Positions 1 to 10,080 of a DNA stretch of 64,000 bases are shown here, one piece after another. The translations under genes were made by a program, and so were the position numbers. The notes under the pieces are model-generated. The model made no database searches, was not told the DNA's origin, and saw only the letters and a program-made list of their open reading frames with translations. Each line of letters begins with the position of its first letter. The first letter of the stretch is position 1. This stretch comes from Thiothrix sp. (lineage in GTDB: Bacteria; Pseudomonadota; Gammaproteobacteria; Poriferisulfidales; GCA-002705445). The DNA is taken from the NCBI GenBank assembly GCA_038141665.1, contig JAYQIN010000002.1, forward strand, positions 336,843-400,842, in the 5' to 3' direction.

Positions 1-2516
1 TACAAATATTTTATTATTTTTGATTGCAAATTGAACATTCATTAAGCCTTTTACATTTAATTCATCTGCCATTTTTCTAGTATTCTCTTTGATTAAATAT
101 TTTTGCGACTCACTTATCGAGTATGTTGGTATTGCGCATGCAGAATCACCAGAATGCACGCCTGCTTCCTCAATATGTTGCATTATTCCTGCAATAAAAA
201 CTTCTCCATTTAAATCTCTAACTGCATCAACATCAATTTCAACAGCCTCATTTAAAAATTTATCAATTAAAACTGGTGCATCATTTGAAACTTTAACAGC
301 TTCATTTATATATTTTTTTAATTCTTCAGAATCATATATGACCTCCATAGCTCTTCCTCCTAAAACATATGATGGTCTTACAATAATTGGATACCCTATT
401 TTTTCTGCTTCTTGAAGAGCTTGTTTTTTATTTCGTGCAGTACTATTTGCAGGCTGAAGTACATTAATTTTTTTTAAAATATTTTTAAATTTTTCTCTGT
501 CTTCTGCAGCATCTATTGACTCAGAAGAAGTTCCAATAACAGGCACTCCAAATTTAGCTAAATCATTTACTAGTTTTAATGGCGTTTGGCCACCATACTG
601 CACAATAACTCCATCTGGTTTTTCTATATCAACAATATTTAAAACACTTTCTAAGGTTATTGGTTCAAAATACAATCTATCAGATGTGTCGTAATCTGTA
701 GATACAGTTTCTGGATTACAATTTATCATAATAGTTTCATATCCTAATTCTTGAGCTGCTTTTGATGCATGAACACAACAATAATCAAATTCTATTCCCT
801 GACCAATTCTGTTTGGCCCACTTCCGATTACAATAATCTTTTTATTATTTGTTGGTGATGACTCACAAAACTGCTCATATGTAGAATATAAATAAGAGGT
901 TGTTGTTGGAAACTCTGCTGCGCATGTATCTACTCTTTTATAAACAGGTTTAATGCCATATTTTTCTCTTTTTTTTCTAATCTTATGTTGAGTGGTATTT
1001 GTTAAGGAAGCGATTTTTAAATCAGTAAAACCTCTTTTCTTATAGAATAAAAGTTCTTCTGATGAAATATCATTTAAATCTTTTTTTAAAATAATTTTTT
1101 CAATTTCAATCAAACTAAAAATTTGCTCTAAAAACCATGGGTCTATTCTTGAAATCTCATGAACTTGATTTACTGTATAGTCTTTTCTAAATGCTTCTGC
1201 AACATAAAGGATTCTACTCGGTCCCGGCTCTTTTAATTCATATTCAAAATTTGAGATATCTAAGTCTCTTAGCTCATCAATTTCATCAAGTCCGCTAATA
1301 TCTAACTCAAGACTTGAAAGTGCTTTTTGCAATGACTCTTGAAAATTTCTTCCAATTGACATAACTTCGCCTACAGATTTCATCTGCGTAGTAAGTCTAT
1401 TATTTGCATTTGGAAATTTCTCAAAAGCAAATCTTGGGATTTTTGTTACAACATAATCTATAGTTGGCTCAAACGAGGCAGGTGTTGCACCACCAGTTAT
1501 TTCATTCTTAAGTTCATCAAGAGAATATCCAATAGCAAGCTTTGCAGCTATTTTGGCTATAGGAAAACCTGTAGCTTTTGAAGCTAATGCAGATGATCTT
1601 GAGACTCTCGGGTTCATTTCTATTACTACTAACTTTCCGTTTTTTGGATTAACTGCAAATTGAACATTAGATCCTCCTGTATCTACACCAATTTTCCTTA
1701 AAATCGCAATAGACGCATTTCTCATTATCTGATATTCCTTATCAGTTAAAGTTTGTGCTGGAGCTACTGTAATAGAATCTCCAGTATGAACTCCCATTGG
1801 ATCAAAATTTTCAATAGAACATATAATTATACAATTATCTTTTGAGTCTCTAACAACTTCCATTTCATACTCTTTCCATCCTAATAAAGACTCCTCTAAA
1901 AGAATTTCAGTAGTAGGAGAAACATCGAGACCTCTAGTTGAAATTTCAATAAATTCCTCCATATTATAAGCTATTCCTCCACCACTTCCACCTAAGGTGA
2001 AAGAAGGTCTAATAATAATGGGAAATCCTATTTCTTTTTGTTTATCTAGAGCTTCGTTTATATCATGCACAATAAAAGATTTTGCAGAGTCTAAATTTAT
2101 CTCTTTCATTGCCTCTTTAAATTGGGCTCTATCCTCAGCTAAATCAATTGCTTTTTTCGAAGCACCAATCATTTCTACATTGTATTTTTTTAAAATACCC
2201 AATCTATCAAGATCTAAAGCACAATTTAAAGCTGTTTGCCCACCCATTGTTGGTAAAATTGCATCTGGTTTTTCTATTCTAATAATTTTTTCAACGATAT
2301 TGTGATTTATAGGTTCTATATAAGTTGCATCAGCCATTTCTGGATCAGTCATAATGGTTGCTACATTTGAATTCACAAGAATTACAGAATAACCTTCTTC
2401 TTTTAAAGCTTTGCATGCTTGTACTCCAGAATAATCAAACTCACATGCTTGTCCAATAACTATTGGGCCAGCTCCTAGTATTAATATTTTTTTTATATCA
2501 TTTCTTTTTGGCATTA
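1..2516 (-). CDS. carB: Carbamoyl-phosphate synthase large subunit; partial, the C-terminus runs off the window start
   Basis: Translating the reverse strand from 2516 gives [42 protein letters not shown], the canonical CarB N-terminus. The frame stays open to position 1. It sits immediately downstream of carA. Confidence 0.9.
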
Positions 2517-3626
2517 CTATTCTTCATAAGTTTAATAAATTCTTCAAACAAATAATTTACATCTTGTGGTCCAGGGCATGCTTCTGGATGTCCTTGAAAA
2601 CTAAATATGGGAAAATTTTTATGTTTTATTCCTTGGATTGTGCTGTCAAATAATGATCTATGTGTTATTTCATATTCTTTTGGCAGTGTTTTTTCATCAA
2701 CAACAAAACCATGGTTCTGGCTGGTTATCATCACCTTTCCAGTTTTCAAATCTAAAACAGGGTGATTGGCGCCATGATGTCCGTATTTCATTTTTATTGT
2801 TTTCGCACCACTTGCTAAAGAAATTAATTGATGACCTAAACAAATTCCAAATATTGGAATGTTGCTATCAAAAAGATTTTTTATTGAGTTTATAGCAAAA
2901 TCACATGGCTCAGGATCTCCTGGTCCATTAGATAAAAATATTCCATCAGGATTGAATGATAAAATTTCATCTGATGAAGTTTTTGCAGGAACAACTTTAA
3001 CATCACAATTCATAGAGTTTAGAATTCGTAATATATTTTTTTTAACTCCAAAATCATATGCAATTACTTTAAATTTTTTATTTTCACTATAATCTTTTTC
3101 TTTATATTGAAATATATTTTCTTTAAAGCTATATTTTTTACTTGCAGAAACTTTAGTGGCAATTCAGCTCCCTCAACAGCTGAATAATTTTCTAATTCTT
3201 TTTTAGCTTTATTTATATCTTTTTCGTCATGAATTATACAGGCGCTCATTGCACCCTTACTTCTTATAAGAGACGCGATATGTCTTGTGTCTAAATCAGC
3301 AATACACACAATTTTTTTATTTTTAAATAATTCGAGAAATCCTGTGTTGATCTCCAGTTAGATGGATTAGTAGGGACCTCGCTTAGAACTAAACCACTTA
3401 CATATGATGAATCTGACTCCTGATCCTCGCTATTGATTCCAACATTTCCAATATGCGGATATGTAAAAGTTATAATTTGATTTTTATAAGATGGATCAGA
3501 AATAACCTCTTGATATCCTGTCATTGCAGTATTAAAAACTATTTCTCCATAAGAATCTTTTTTGTATCCTACAGATTTACCATAAAATATTTTTTCGTTT
3601 TCTAAGATTAAAATTGCCTGTTGCAA
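2498..3626 (-). pseudogene. carA: Carbamoyl-phosphate synthase small subunit, split into three ORF pieces by two frameshifts that are probably sequencing artefacts
   Basis: The three minus-strand ORFs 3291-3626, 3064-3309 and 2498-3013 are collinear with CarA. The first carries the N-terminal domain (VFNTAMTGYQE). The last carries the glutamine-amidotransferase domain with the GICLGHQL active site. Summed length is about 376 aa. Confidence 0.85.
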
Positions 3627-3665
3627 AAGTATTTCCTATTTATCATTTAATTTAATTTATGTATT

Positions 3666-4400
3666 TTAGAGTGAAAGTGCATCACTCATAGAATACAAGC
3701 CTTTATTTTTATCAGATATCCATTTTAAAGCTAATATTGCGCCCTCAGCGAAAATTTTTCTATCAAAACTCTTGTGGTTTATTTCAATAGATTCGTTTTC
3801 TAGGGAAAATTTTACCATATGATCTCCAACAACATTACCTACTCTTAAACAATGATGATTAATATCTTTATTTCCTGATAATTTTTTTTTAATAATTTCT
3901 TCAAACGCTAAAGATGTTCCAGAAGGCATATCAACTTTATGTTTATGATGATGCTCAATAATATCTATATCTGAAATATCTCCTATTGACGAAGTTACTT
4001 TTTCAACAAGCTTTAGGCATAAATTTATCCCAATGCTCATATTTGAAGATTTTAAAATTGATATTTCTTCGCTTGCCAATTCTATTTCTTTAATATTGTT
4101 ATCTGAAAATCCAGTGGTTCCTATAATTAATTTCTTATTATGTTTTACGCATTCTCTAAGAATTTCCATTGAATACTCTGGTCTTGTAAAATCAACACAT
4201 ACATCACAATTTGATATTGCGTGATTTAAATCTGAAGTAATAATTTTCTGATCAAAATTAAATGGAGTATTGCTCGATTTTATGTGGTCCCTTACGATAG
4301 CAGAAGATAGTGTTATATTAGTATTATCTAATAATACTAGTTTTGCTATCTCCATTCCCATTTTTCCTGAAATTCCAGGTACGCAGACGCTTATAGACAT
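3666..4400 (-). CDS. dapB: 4-hydroxy-tetrahydrodipicolinate reductase
   Basis: 244-aa ORF with an N-terminal GISGKMG Rossmann motif. It lies directly upstream of carA, matching the dapB-carAB order I recall from E. coli. Confidence 0.85.
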   Translation of the reverse strand: MSISVCVPGISGKMGMEIAKLVLLDNTNITLSSAIVRDHIKSSNTPFNFDQKIITSDLNHAISNCDVCVDFTRPEYSMEILRECVKHNKKLIIGTTGFSDNNIKEIELASEEISILKSSNMSIGINLCLKLVEKVTSSIGDISDIDIIEHHHKHKVDMPSGTSLAFEEIIKKKLSGNKDINHHCLRVGNVVGDHMVKFSLENESIEINHKSFDRKIFAEGAILALKWISDKNKGLYSMSDALSL

Positions 4401-4471
4401 TGTAAAATTTTTTATGATGTTAAAATTACATTATATTAACATAGAGTTTGGCAAGGGCTAAAAGAAAATTT

Positions 4472-5407
4472 CTATTTAAAGAAATTTTTTAATCCATCTA
4501 TCCATGATTCAGACTTTGGACTATGCTTTTTTGTACTATTTTTTAATTTTTCGTCAAACTGAGCAAGTATATTTTTTTGTTCATCTGATAAATTAACAGG
4601 AGTTTCAATCTGAACTGAACACATTAAATCCCCAATACTACCTCCCCTAACTGACTTTATACCTTTTCCTTTTAGTCTAAAGTATTTCCCTGTTTGTGTG
4701 CCCGGAGGTATATCAATTGAAACTTTATTGTTGCTAAGGGTTGGAATTTCAATCTCAGCTCCTAATGTTGCTTCTGCAAAAGAAATTGGAACAGTGCAAT
4801 ACAAGTTATTTCCATCTCTTTCAAAGATTGAATGTTTTTCTAAAACTACTCTAATAAAAAGGTCTCCTGGTGGCCCCTGATTAATACCTGGCTCGCCTTT
4901 GCCAGACAATCTAACGCGATCTCCGTTATCAACACCAGCGGGAATTGAAATTGATATTTCTTTATCTTCATTCTTTGTTCTAAATTTTACAACTTTTTCA
5001 ATACCAAAAGCTGCCTCTTCAAGAGTGAGTTGAAGATGGTACTCTAAATCAGCACCTTTGTAGGGTCTATTTGGATTTCTAGCACGGCCTCCTCCAAAAA
5101 TATCTCCAAAAAGATCCTCGAAAACATCTTCAAACCCAGAAGCATTGAAACCGCCTTGAAAACCTCCTTGAGATCGGCCACCAAAACCTCCTCCAAAATC
5201 AGTTGTTCCATATTGATCGTACATTGATTTTTTTTGAGGATCTGAGAGAACATCATAAGCTTCTTTTGCTTCTTTAAATTTTTTTTCTGCAGATTTATCG
5301 TTGCCAGTTCTGTCGGGGTGAAATTTCATAGCTTTTTTCTTAAAAGCTTTTTTAATTTCTTCACCAGATGCTCCTTTACTAAGACCTAAAATCTCATAGT
5401 AATCCAT
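4472..5407 (-). CDS. dnaJ: DnaJ co-chaperone with a J domain and a Gly/Phe-rich linker, but lacking the Cys-rich zinc-finger domain
   Basis: MDYYEILGL...HPDR is the J domain and the G/F-rich region follows. The C-terminal domains align well to E. coli DnaJ, but the four CxxCxGxG repeats are absent. The gene is directly downstream of dnaK. Confidence 0.85.
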   Translation of the reverse strand: MDYYEILGLSKGASGEEIKKAFKKKAMKFHPDRTGNDKSAEKKFKEAKEAYDVLSDPQKKSMYDQYGTTDFGGGFGGRSQGGFQGGFNASGFEDVFEDLFGDIFGGGRARNPNRPYKGADLEYHLQLTLEEAAFGIEKVVKFRTKNEDKEISISIPAGVDNGDRVRLSGKGEPGINQGPPGDLFIRVVLEKHSIFERDGNNLYCTVPISFAEATLGAEIEIPTLSNNKVSIDIPPGTQTGKYFRLKGKGIKSVRGGSIGDLMCSVQIETPVNLSDEQKNILAQFDEKLKNSTKKHSPKSESWIDGLKNFFK

Positions 5408-5427
5408 ATTGTTGTTACGCTCTTCAG

Positions 5428-7359
5428 TTATTTCTTATCGTTATTTACTTCTTTGTATTCCGCATCAACAACATCTGCATCATTTTCGGAAGTTGTATTT
5501 GCTGCATCAACTGAAGATTCTGCATTCTCCTGAGCTTTTGCTGCTTGCTCGGCGTACATCATTTCAGCCATCTTTGCAGAAGCCTCGGAAAGCTCTTTTA
5601 TGCACTTCTCAATAGAATCTTTGTCTTCAGTTTTCAAAGCCTCTGTAAGAGCTTCATTTTTTTCCTTAATATTTTTTTGATCATCTTCAGTAACCTTGTC
5701 TCCAAGCTCATCTAACGATTTATTTGTTGCATGAACCAGAGCATCACCTTGATTTTTTAACGAAACTAACTCCTGAAATTTTTTATCTTCTTCAGCATGA
5801 AGCTCAGCATCTTTAACCATTTTTTCAATCTCATCATCTGACAGCCCACTAGACGATTTAATAATTATCGATTGCTCTTTATTTGTAGCTTTGTCTTTTG
5901 CTGAAACATTTAAAATTCCATTTGCGTCGATATCAAATGTGACTTCAATTTGAGGCATTCCTCTTGGAGCAGGAGGTATGTCTGAAAGATTGAATTGACC
6001 TAAAGATTTATTACCTGATGCAATATCTCTTTCTCCCTGAAGAACATGAACAGTAACAGCAGTTTGATTATCTTCAGCTGTAGAAAATGTTTGATTTTGT
6101 TTTGTAGGAATAGTTGAATTTTTTTCTATAAGTTTTGTCATTACCCCACCCATAGTTTCGATTCCTAAAGATAATGGAGTAACGTCCAGTAATAAAACGT
6201 CGGTAACATCGCCAGCTAAAACTCCACCTTGTATTGCAGCACCAGCTGCAACAGCTTCATCGGGATTAACATCTTTTCTTGGTTCTTTACCAAAATACTC
6301 TTTAACAATTTTTTGAACTAAAGGCATTCTTGTTTGTCCGCCAACTAAAATAACATCGTTAATGTCATTTTTTGACAATTTGGCATCTTTTAAGGCAATT
6401 TCACAAGGTGTAATAGTTCTCTTAACCAAATCTTCAACCATTGACTCAAAAAGCGCTCTTGTGATTTTCATGTTTAAGTGTTTGGGACCGCTTGCATCAG
6501 CAGTGATGTAAGGGATATTTATATCAGCTTGCTGACCATTTGATAATTCTATCTTTGCTTTTTCAGCAGCATCTTTTAATCTTTGTAATGCTAAAGGGTC
6601 AGATTTTAAATCAAAGTTTTGTTCTTTTTTAAATTCTTCAACAATATGATCAATTAATTTTGAATCAAAATCTTCTCCGCCAAGTTGTGTATCTCCGTTT
6701 GTAGATAAAACTTCTATTTGATTTTCGCCATCAATATCAGAAATATCAATTATCGAAACATCAAAAGTACCACCACCAAGATCATATACAGCAATTTTTT
6801 TATCTCCTTTCTTTTGATCGAGGCCATATGCTACGGCTGCAGCTGTAGGTTCATTAATAATTCTTTGCACATTTAAACCGGCAATTTTACCTGCATCTTT
6901 TGTAGCTTGTCTTTGGGAGTCATTAAAATATGCAGGTACAGTAATAACCGCATCTGTAACTTCTGCGCCCAAGTACTCCTCAGCAGTTTTTTTCATTTTC
7001 ATCAGAACTTTAGCTGAAATTTCTGGCAAAGCCATTTTATTGTCATCGATTTGAATCCAAACATCTCCGTTATCCGCCTCAACTATGTTGTAAGGTAAAA
7101 TAGATTTATCCTTCTGCACTTCTTTATCAGAGTACTTTCTTCCAATAAATCTTTTTATTGCATATACGGTTTTTTCAGGATTTGTCACAGACTGTCTTTT
7201 CGCTGATTGTCCTACTAGAGTTTCAGCGTCAGTGAAAGCAACGACTGAAGGAGTAGTTCTATCACCTTCGCTGTTCTCAATAATCTTTGGCCTATCGCCT
7301 TCCATTACTGAAACACATGAATTTGTAGTTCCTAAATCAATACCAATAATTTTACCCAT
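5428..7359 (-). CDS. dnaK: Molecular chaperone DnaK (Hsp70)
   Basis: 643 aa with Hsp70 signatures GIDLGTTNS and DLGGGTFD and the C-terminal EEVD-like acidic tail. Confidence 0.97.
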   Translation of the reverse strand: MGKIIGIDLGTTNSCVSVMEGDRPKIIENSEGDRTTPSVVAFTDAETLVGQSAKRQSVTNPEKTVYAIKRFIGRKYSDKEVQKDKSILPYNIVEADNGDVWIQIDDNKMALPEISAKVLMKMKKTAEEYLGAEVTDAVITVPAYFNDSQRQATKDAGKIAGLNVQRIINEPTAAAVAYGLDQKKGDKKIAVYDLGGGTFDVSIIDISDIDGENQIEVLSTNGDTQLGGEDFDSKLIDHIVEEFKKEQNFDLKSDPLALQRLKDAAEKAKIELSNGQQADINIPYITADASGPKHLNMKITRALFESMVEDLVKRTITPCEIALKDAKLSKNDINDVILVGGQTRMPLVQKIVKEYFGKEPRKDVNPDEAVAAGAAIQGGVLAGDVTDVLLLDVTPLSLGIETMGGVMTKLIEKNSTIPTKQNQTFSTAEDNQTAVTVHVLQGERDIASGNKSLGQFNLSDIPPAPRGMPQIEVTFDIDANGILNVSAKDKATNKEQSIIIKSSSGLSDDEIEKMVKDAELHAEEDKKFQELVSLKNQGDALVHATNKSLDELGDKVTEDDQKNIKEKNEALTEALKTEDKDSIEKCIKELSEASAKMAEMMYAEQAAKAQENAESSVDAANTTSENDADVVDAEYKEVNNDKK

Positions 7360-7401
7360 TTTTCAACCTCTTAAATTTAGTTAATATCATTTATGATTTA
7401 T

Positions 7402-7430
7402 ATATGTGGGCAAAAGTAAATAATTCAAGA
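7402..7430 (-). promoter_or_regulatory. Sigma-32-type heat-shock promoter upstream of dnaK
   Basis: The reverse complement reads CTTGAAT-12 nt-CCCACATAT, matching the sigma-32 consensus CTTGAAA-N13-15-CCCCATNT. It ends about 40 nt upstream of the dnaK start. Confidence 0.5.
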
Positions 7431-7432
7431 AT

Positions 7433-8020
7433 TTATTTATTTTTTTTTGAAACTATAACTAAAGCTGGCCTAAGTAATTTTGATTTTAGCTTATATCCTT
7501 TTTGCATTACCTCTAGGACAGTATTTTCGTCACTTTTCTCATCTTCTTTTGTAGCCATAGCTTGGTGAAGTTCTGGATCAAAACCTTTATTCAAGGGGTT
7601 AATTTCTTCAATACCAAGTTTTTCAAACACTTCTGCTGTAGTTTTTAATAACATGCTATTTCCCTCGATGAGATTATCTATTTTAAGATTAGAATCTTTA
7701 GAAAGCTTGTTAACAGTCTCTAGACTATCCATAATTATAAGTAATTCTGATGATAATTTTTCAGTTGAGAATAATTGAGCTTGCTGAACTTGTTTGATTG
7801 TTCTTTTTTGTAAATTTTCAAAATCAGCTTTTGATCTTAAAAGCAAATCATTTAATCTTCTATTTTCTTCAGCAAGTTCATTTTGACTATCTTGAATTTC
7901 AGCTTTAATATCTATATTGTCTTTAAAATCTTTTTCATTGGCTTGATCATTGCTGATCGGTTCAGGACTATTTTTACGACCTTTATTTTCTTTATTTTCT
8001 TTATTTTCTTTATTTTCCAT
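7433..8020 (-). CDS. grpE: Nucleotide exchange factor GrpE
   Basis: 195 aa with the GrpE fold motifs (RLNDLLLRSKADFENLQKR, GFDPELHQAM). The N-terminus carries a tandem (ENK)x4 repeat. Confidence 0.9.
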   Translation of the reverse strand: MENKENKENKENKGRKNSPEPISNDQANEKDFKDNIDIKAEIQDSQNELAEENRRLNDLLLRSKADFENLQKRTIKQVQQAQLFSTEKLSSELLIIMDSLETVNKLSKDSNLKIDNLIEGNSMLLKTTAEVFEKLGIEEINPLNKGFDPELHQAMATKEDEKSDENTVLEVMQKGYKLKSKLLRPALVIVSKKNK

Positions 8021-8060
8021 TAGATACCTAGCTTTTATTAATTTTTTTTAGACATTTCTT

Positions 8061-8089
8061 ATATGAGGATTAATTTGAAGATTTCAAGG
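8061..8089 (-). promoter_or_regulatory. Sigma-32-type heat-shock promoter for grpE-dnaK, overlapping the 3' end of hrcA
   Basis: The reverse complement reads CTTGAAA-13 nt-CCTCATAT, which is 7/8 to the CCCCATNT -10 element. It lies about 35 nt upstream of the grpE ATG. Confidence 0.55.
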
Positions 8090-9113
8090 CTTCAGTTAAT
8101 AATTTAGCCGTAATGTCTACTATTGGAATAACTCTATCATAAGCCATTCTTTTTGGGCCAATCACACCAAGAACTCCAACAACGTCATTATCAAATTCAT
8201 ACGGCGCACTTATAACACTACAATCATCTAAGACATTGTAACCTGACTCTGCTCCGATAAAAATTTTTACACCATCTGAGGCTATACTTTTGTCTAATAA
8301 GTGAAGAATATTATTTTTTTCACTAAAAGCATCAAATAATGTTTTAAGCTTTTCTATATCAGACAGCTCTTTACAGTTCATTAATCTTGTTTGACCGCTA
8401 ACAAAAAGATCGTCATTGTTTTTTTTATCATCAGTTTCTAAGAAAAGTTTTTTTCCAAAAGTTATTGCTGATGACATAATGCTATTCATATCCTTCCTCA
8501 TGTCTTCTAGTTCGTTAAGTAAAATTTTTCTAATATGGTGGATAGATTGACCAGATATTATTGTATTAAGATAATTTGAAGCTTGTTGTAATTCGGAGGA
8601 AGTATAATTTTTATCTAAACTTATAATTTTGTTTTCAACATCATTATTTTTGTTTATTAAAATTGCTAGTATTTTATTATCACTTAATTTTAAAAAATCT
8701 ATTTGCTTTAATTCAATATTTTTATGAGTAGGTAAAGAAATTATACCTGCTAGACCAGTTATATTTGATAAGATTTCATTCGTATTTTTAACTATATTCT
8801 TTCTTTCAAAATCTTTTGTTAAATTTGATTTAAGTTTTTTAATTAAATTATTATTTACAGGTTGAACTTTAATCATTTTATCAACGAACATTCTATATGC
8901 TAATTCTGTTGGAACCCTTCCAGCAGATTTATGCGGAGAATAAATATAACCTAGGTCTTCTAGATCAACAAAAACATTTCTAATAGTTGCAGAACTTATG
9001 CCAATATCTGACGTCTTAGATAGTTTTGTAGAGCCTACTGGTTGTCCGTCTGAAATAAAGCTTTCTATAAGGGCTTTTAAAAGTAATTCTTGTCTTGTAT
9101 TCAAGTTTTCCAT
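8070..9113 (-). CDS. hrcA: Heat-inducible transcription repressor HrcA
   Basis: The winged-helix N-terminus starts at the internal Met (MENLNTRQELLLKALIESFI), and HrcA C-terminal domain motifs are present. The longer ORF reaching 9239 overlaps nadK and is likely not translated. Confidence 0.85.
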   Translation of the reverse strand: MENLNTRQELLLKALIESFISDGQPVGSTKLSKTSDIGISSATIRNVFVDLEDLGYIYSPHKSAGRVPTELAYRMFVDKMIKVQPVNNNLIKKLKSNLTKDFERKNIVKNTNEILSNITGLAGIISLPTHKNIELKQIDFLKLSDNKILAILINKNNDVENKIISLDKNYTSSELQQASNYLNTIISGQSIHHIRKILLNELEDMRKDMNSIMSSAITFGKKLFLETDDKKNNDDLFVSGQTRLMNCKELSDIEKLKTLFDAFSEKNNILHLLDKSIASDGVKIFIGAESGYNVLDDCSVISAPYEFDNDVVGVLGVIGPKRMAYDRVIPIVDITAKLLTEALKSSN

Positions 9114-9204
9114 ATAAGTACATAGTTTTTTTAATAATATAATATTATAAAATATATTATAATAATTTACATATAATGTTATATATATGTAAATAGGGGG
9201 CTTA

Positions 9205-10074
9205 ATGTCAATATTTAGAAAAATTGCGATTATTTCCAAAAAAGATGATGATAGCGTTAAAGATAGCCTAGATACTGTAATAAAATATCTTAATAATAAA
9301 AAGATTCAATATTTTTTGGATAAAAATTCAAGTATTTTATTAAAAAATGATTCGTACTCATCTATTGAAGATATTAAAAATAATTGTGATATAGCTTTTA
9401 TCATTGGAGGTGATGGTACGCTGCTGCGCTCTGCTCAAGAATTGGCAAAAGCAGACATACCAATTTGCGGGATAAATAGGGGTAGATTAGGATTTTTGGT
9501 AGATATATCGCCAAATCATATTGAAGAAAATTTAAATAGCATACTGTCGGACAATTATTCTGTTGATGAAAGAATTTCACTAACAGGCACTGTGATAAGA
9601 AATGGAAAAGAAATTTCAAAGAATATTTCATTCAACGATGTTGTGGTTCATAGCAAAGATGCCGTAAGAATGATTGAGATGGATACAACTTTAAATGGTG
9701 AAAATTTATATAGAGTTAATGCTGATGGATTGGTTGTTTCAACACCAACGGGCTCAACAGCTTATTCTTTATCAAGTGGTGGGCCAATTTTAGAACCAAC
9801 AATGGATGCATTAGTAATAGTCCCAATATGTCCACATCTATTGAGTAATAGGCCCTTTGTAATTGACATGAACAGTACTATAGAAATTAAGCTTTCAGAA
9901 AAATCTGATACAAACGCAAGTGTAACATTTGATGGTCAGATAAATATTCCAATTCAAGCAAATGATATAATTAAAATTAGTAAGGGCGAAGTTACTCTAA
10001 AGTTAATTCAACCTCCAGGAATAAATTTTCTATCAATTTTGAGAGAAAAATTAGGATGGGGATACAAACCCTAA
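9205..10074 (+). CDS. nadK: NAD(+) kinase
   Basis: 289 aa with the GGDGT motif (FIIGGDGTLL) and an NGxxxY-type NAD kinase motif. Its position between grpE/hrcA and recN matches E. coli. Confidence 0.9.
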   Translation: MSIFRKIAIISKKDDDSVKDSLDTVIKYLNNKKIQYFLDKNSSILLKNDSYSSIEDIKNNCDIAFIIGGDGTLLRSAQELAKADIPICGINRGRLGFLVDISPNHIEENLNSILSDNYSVDERISLTGTVIRNGKEISKNISFNDVVVHSKDAVRMIEMDTTLNGENLYRVNADGLVVSTPTGSTAYSLSSGGPILEPTMDALVIVPICPHLLSNRPFVIDMNSTIEIKLSEKSDTNASVTFDGQINIPIQANDIIKISKGEVTLKLIQPPGINFLSILREKLGWGYKP

Positions 10075-10080
10075 GTTTAT

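Noticed and set aside
89-415. 108-aa ORF on the plus strand at the window start
   Set aside because: It lies entirely antisense within carB. It has a low-complexity, Ser/Ile-rich composition typical of shadow ORFs in AT-rich DNA.
4401-4471. Possible rho-independent terminator between dnaJ and dapB (GAAAATTTC...GAAATTTTT)
   Set aside because: The potential stems are very short and purely AT, so they cannot be distinguished from background in this composition.
9114-9204. CIRCE operator or sigma-32 promoter upstream of hrcA
   Set aside because: No TTAGCACTC...GAGTGCTAA-like inverted repeat or CTTGAAA/CCCCAT pair is present in the 90-bp region. There are only AT-rich tracts.
9114-9239. 42-aa N-terminal extension of the hrcA ORF overlapping the nadK start
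   Set aside because: The extension is Ile/Tyr-rich low-complexity read-through of the AT-rich divergent promoter. The conserved HrcA N-terminus begins at the internal Met.
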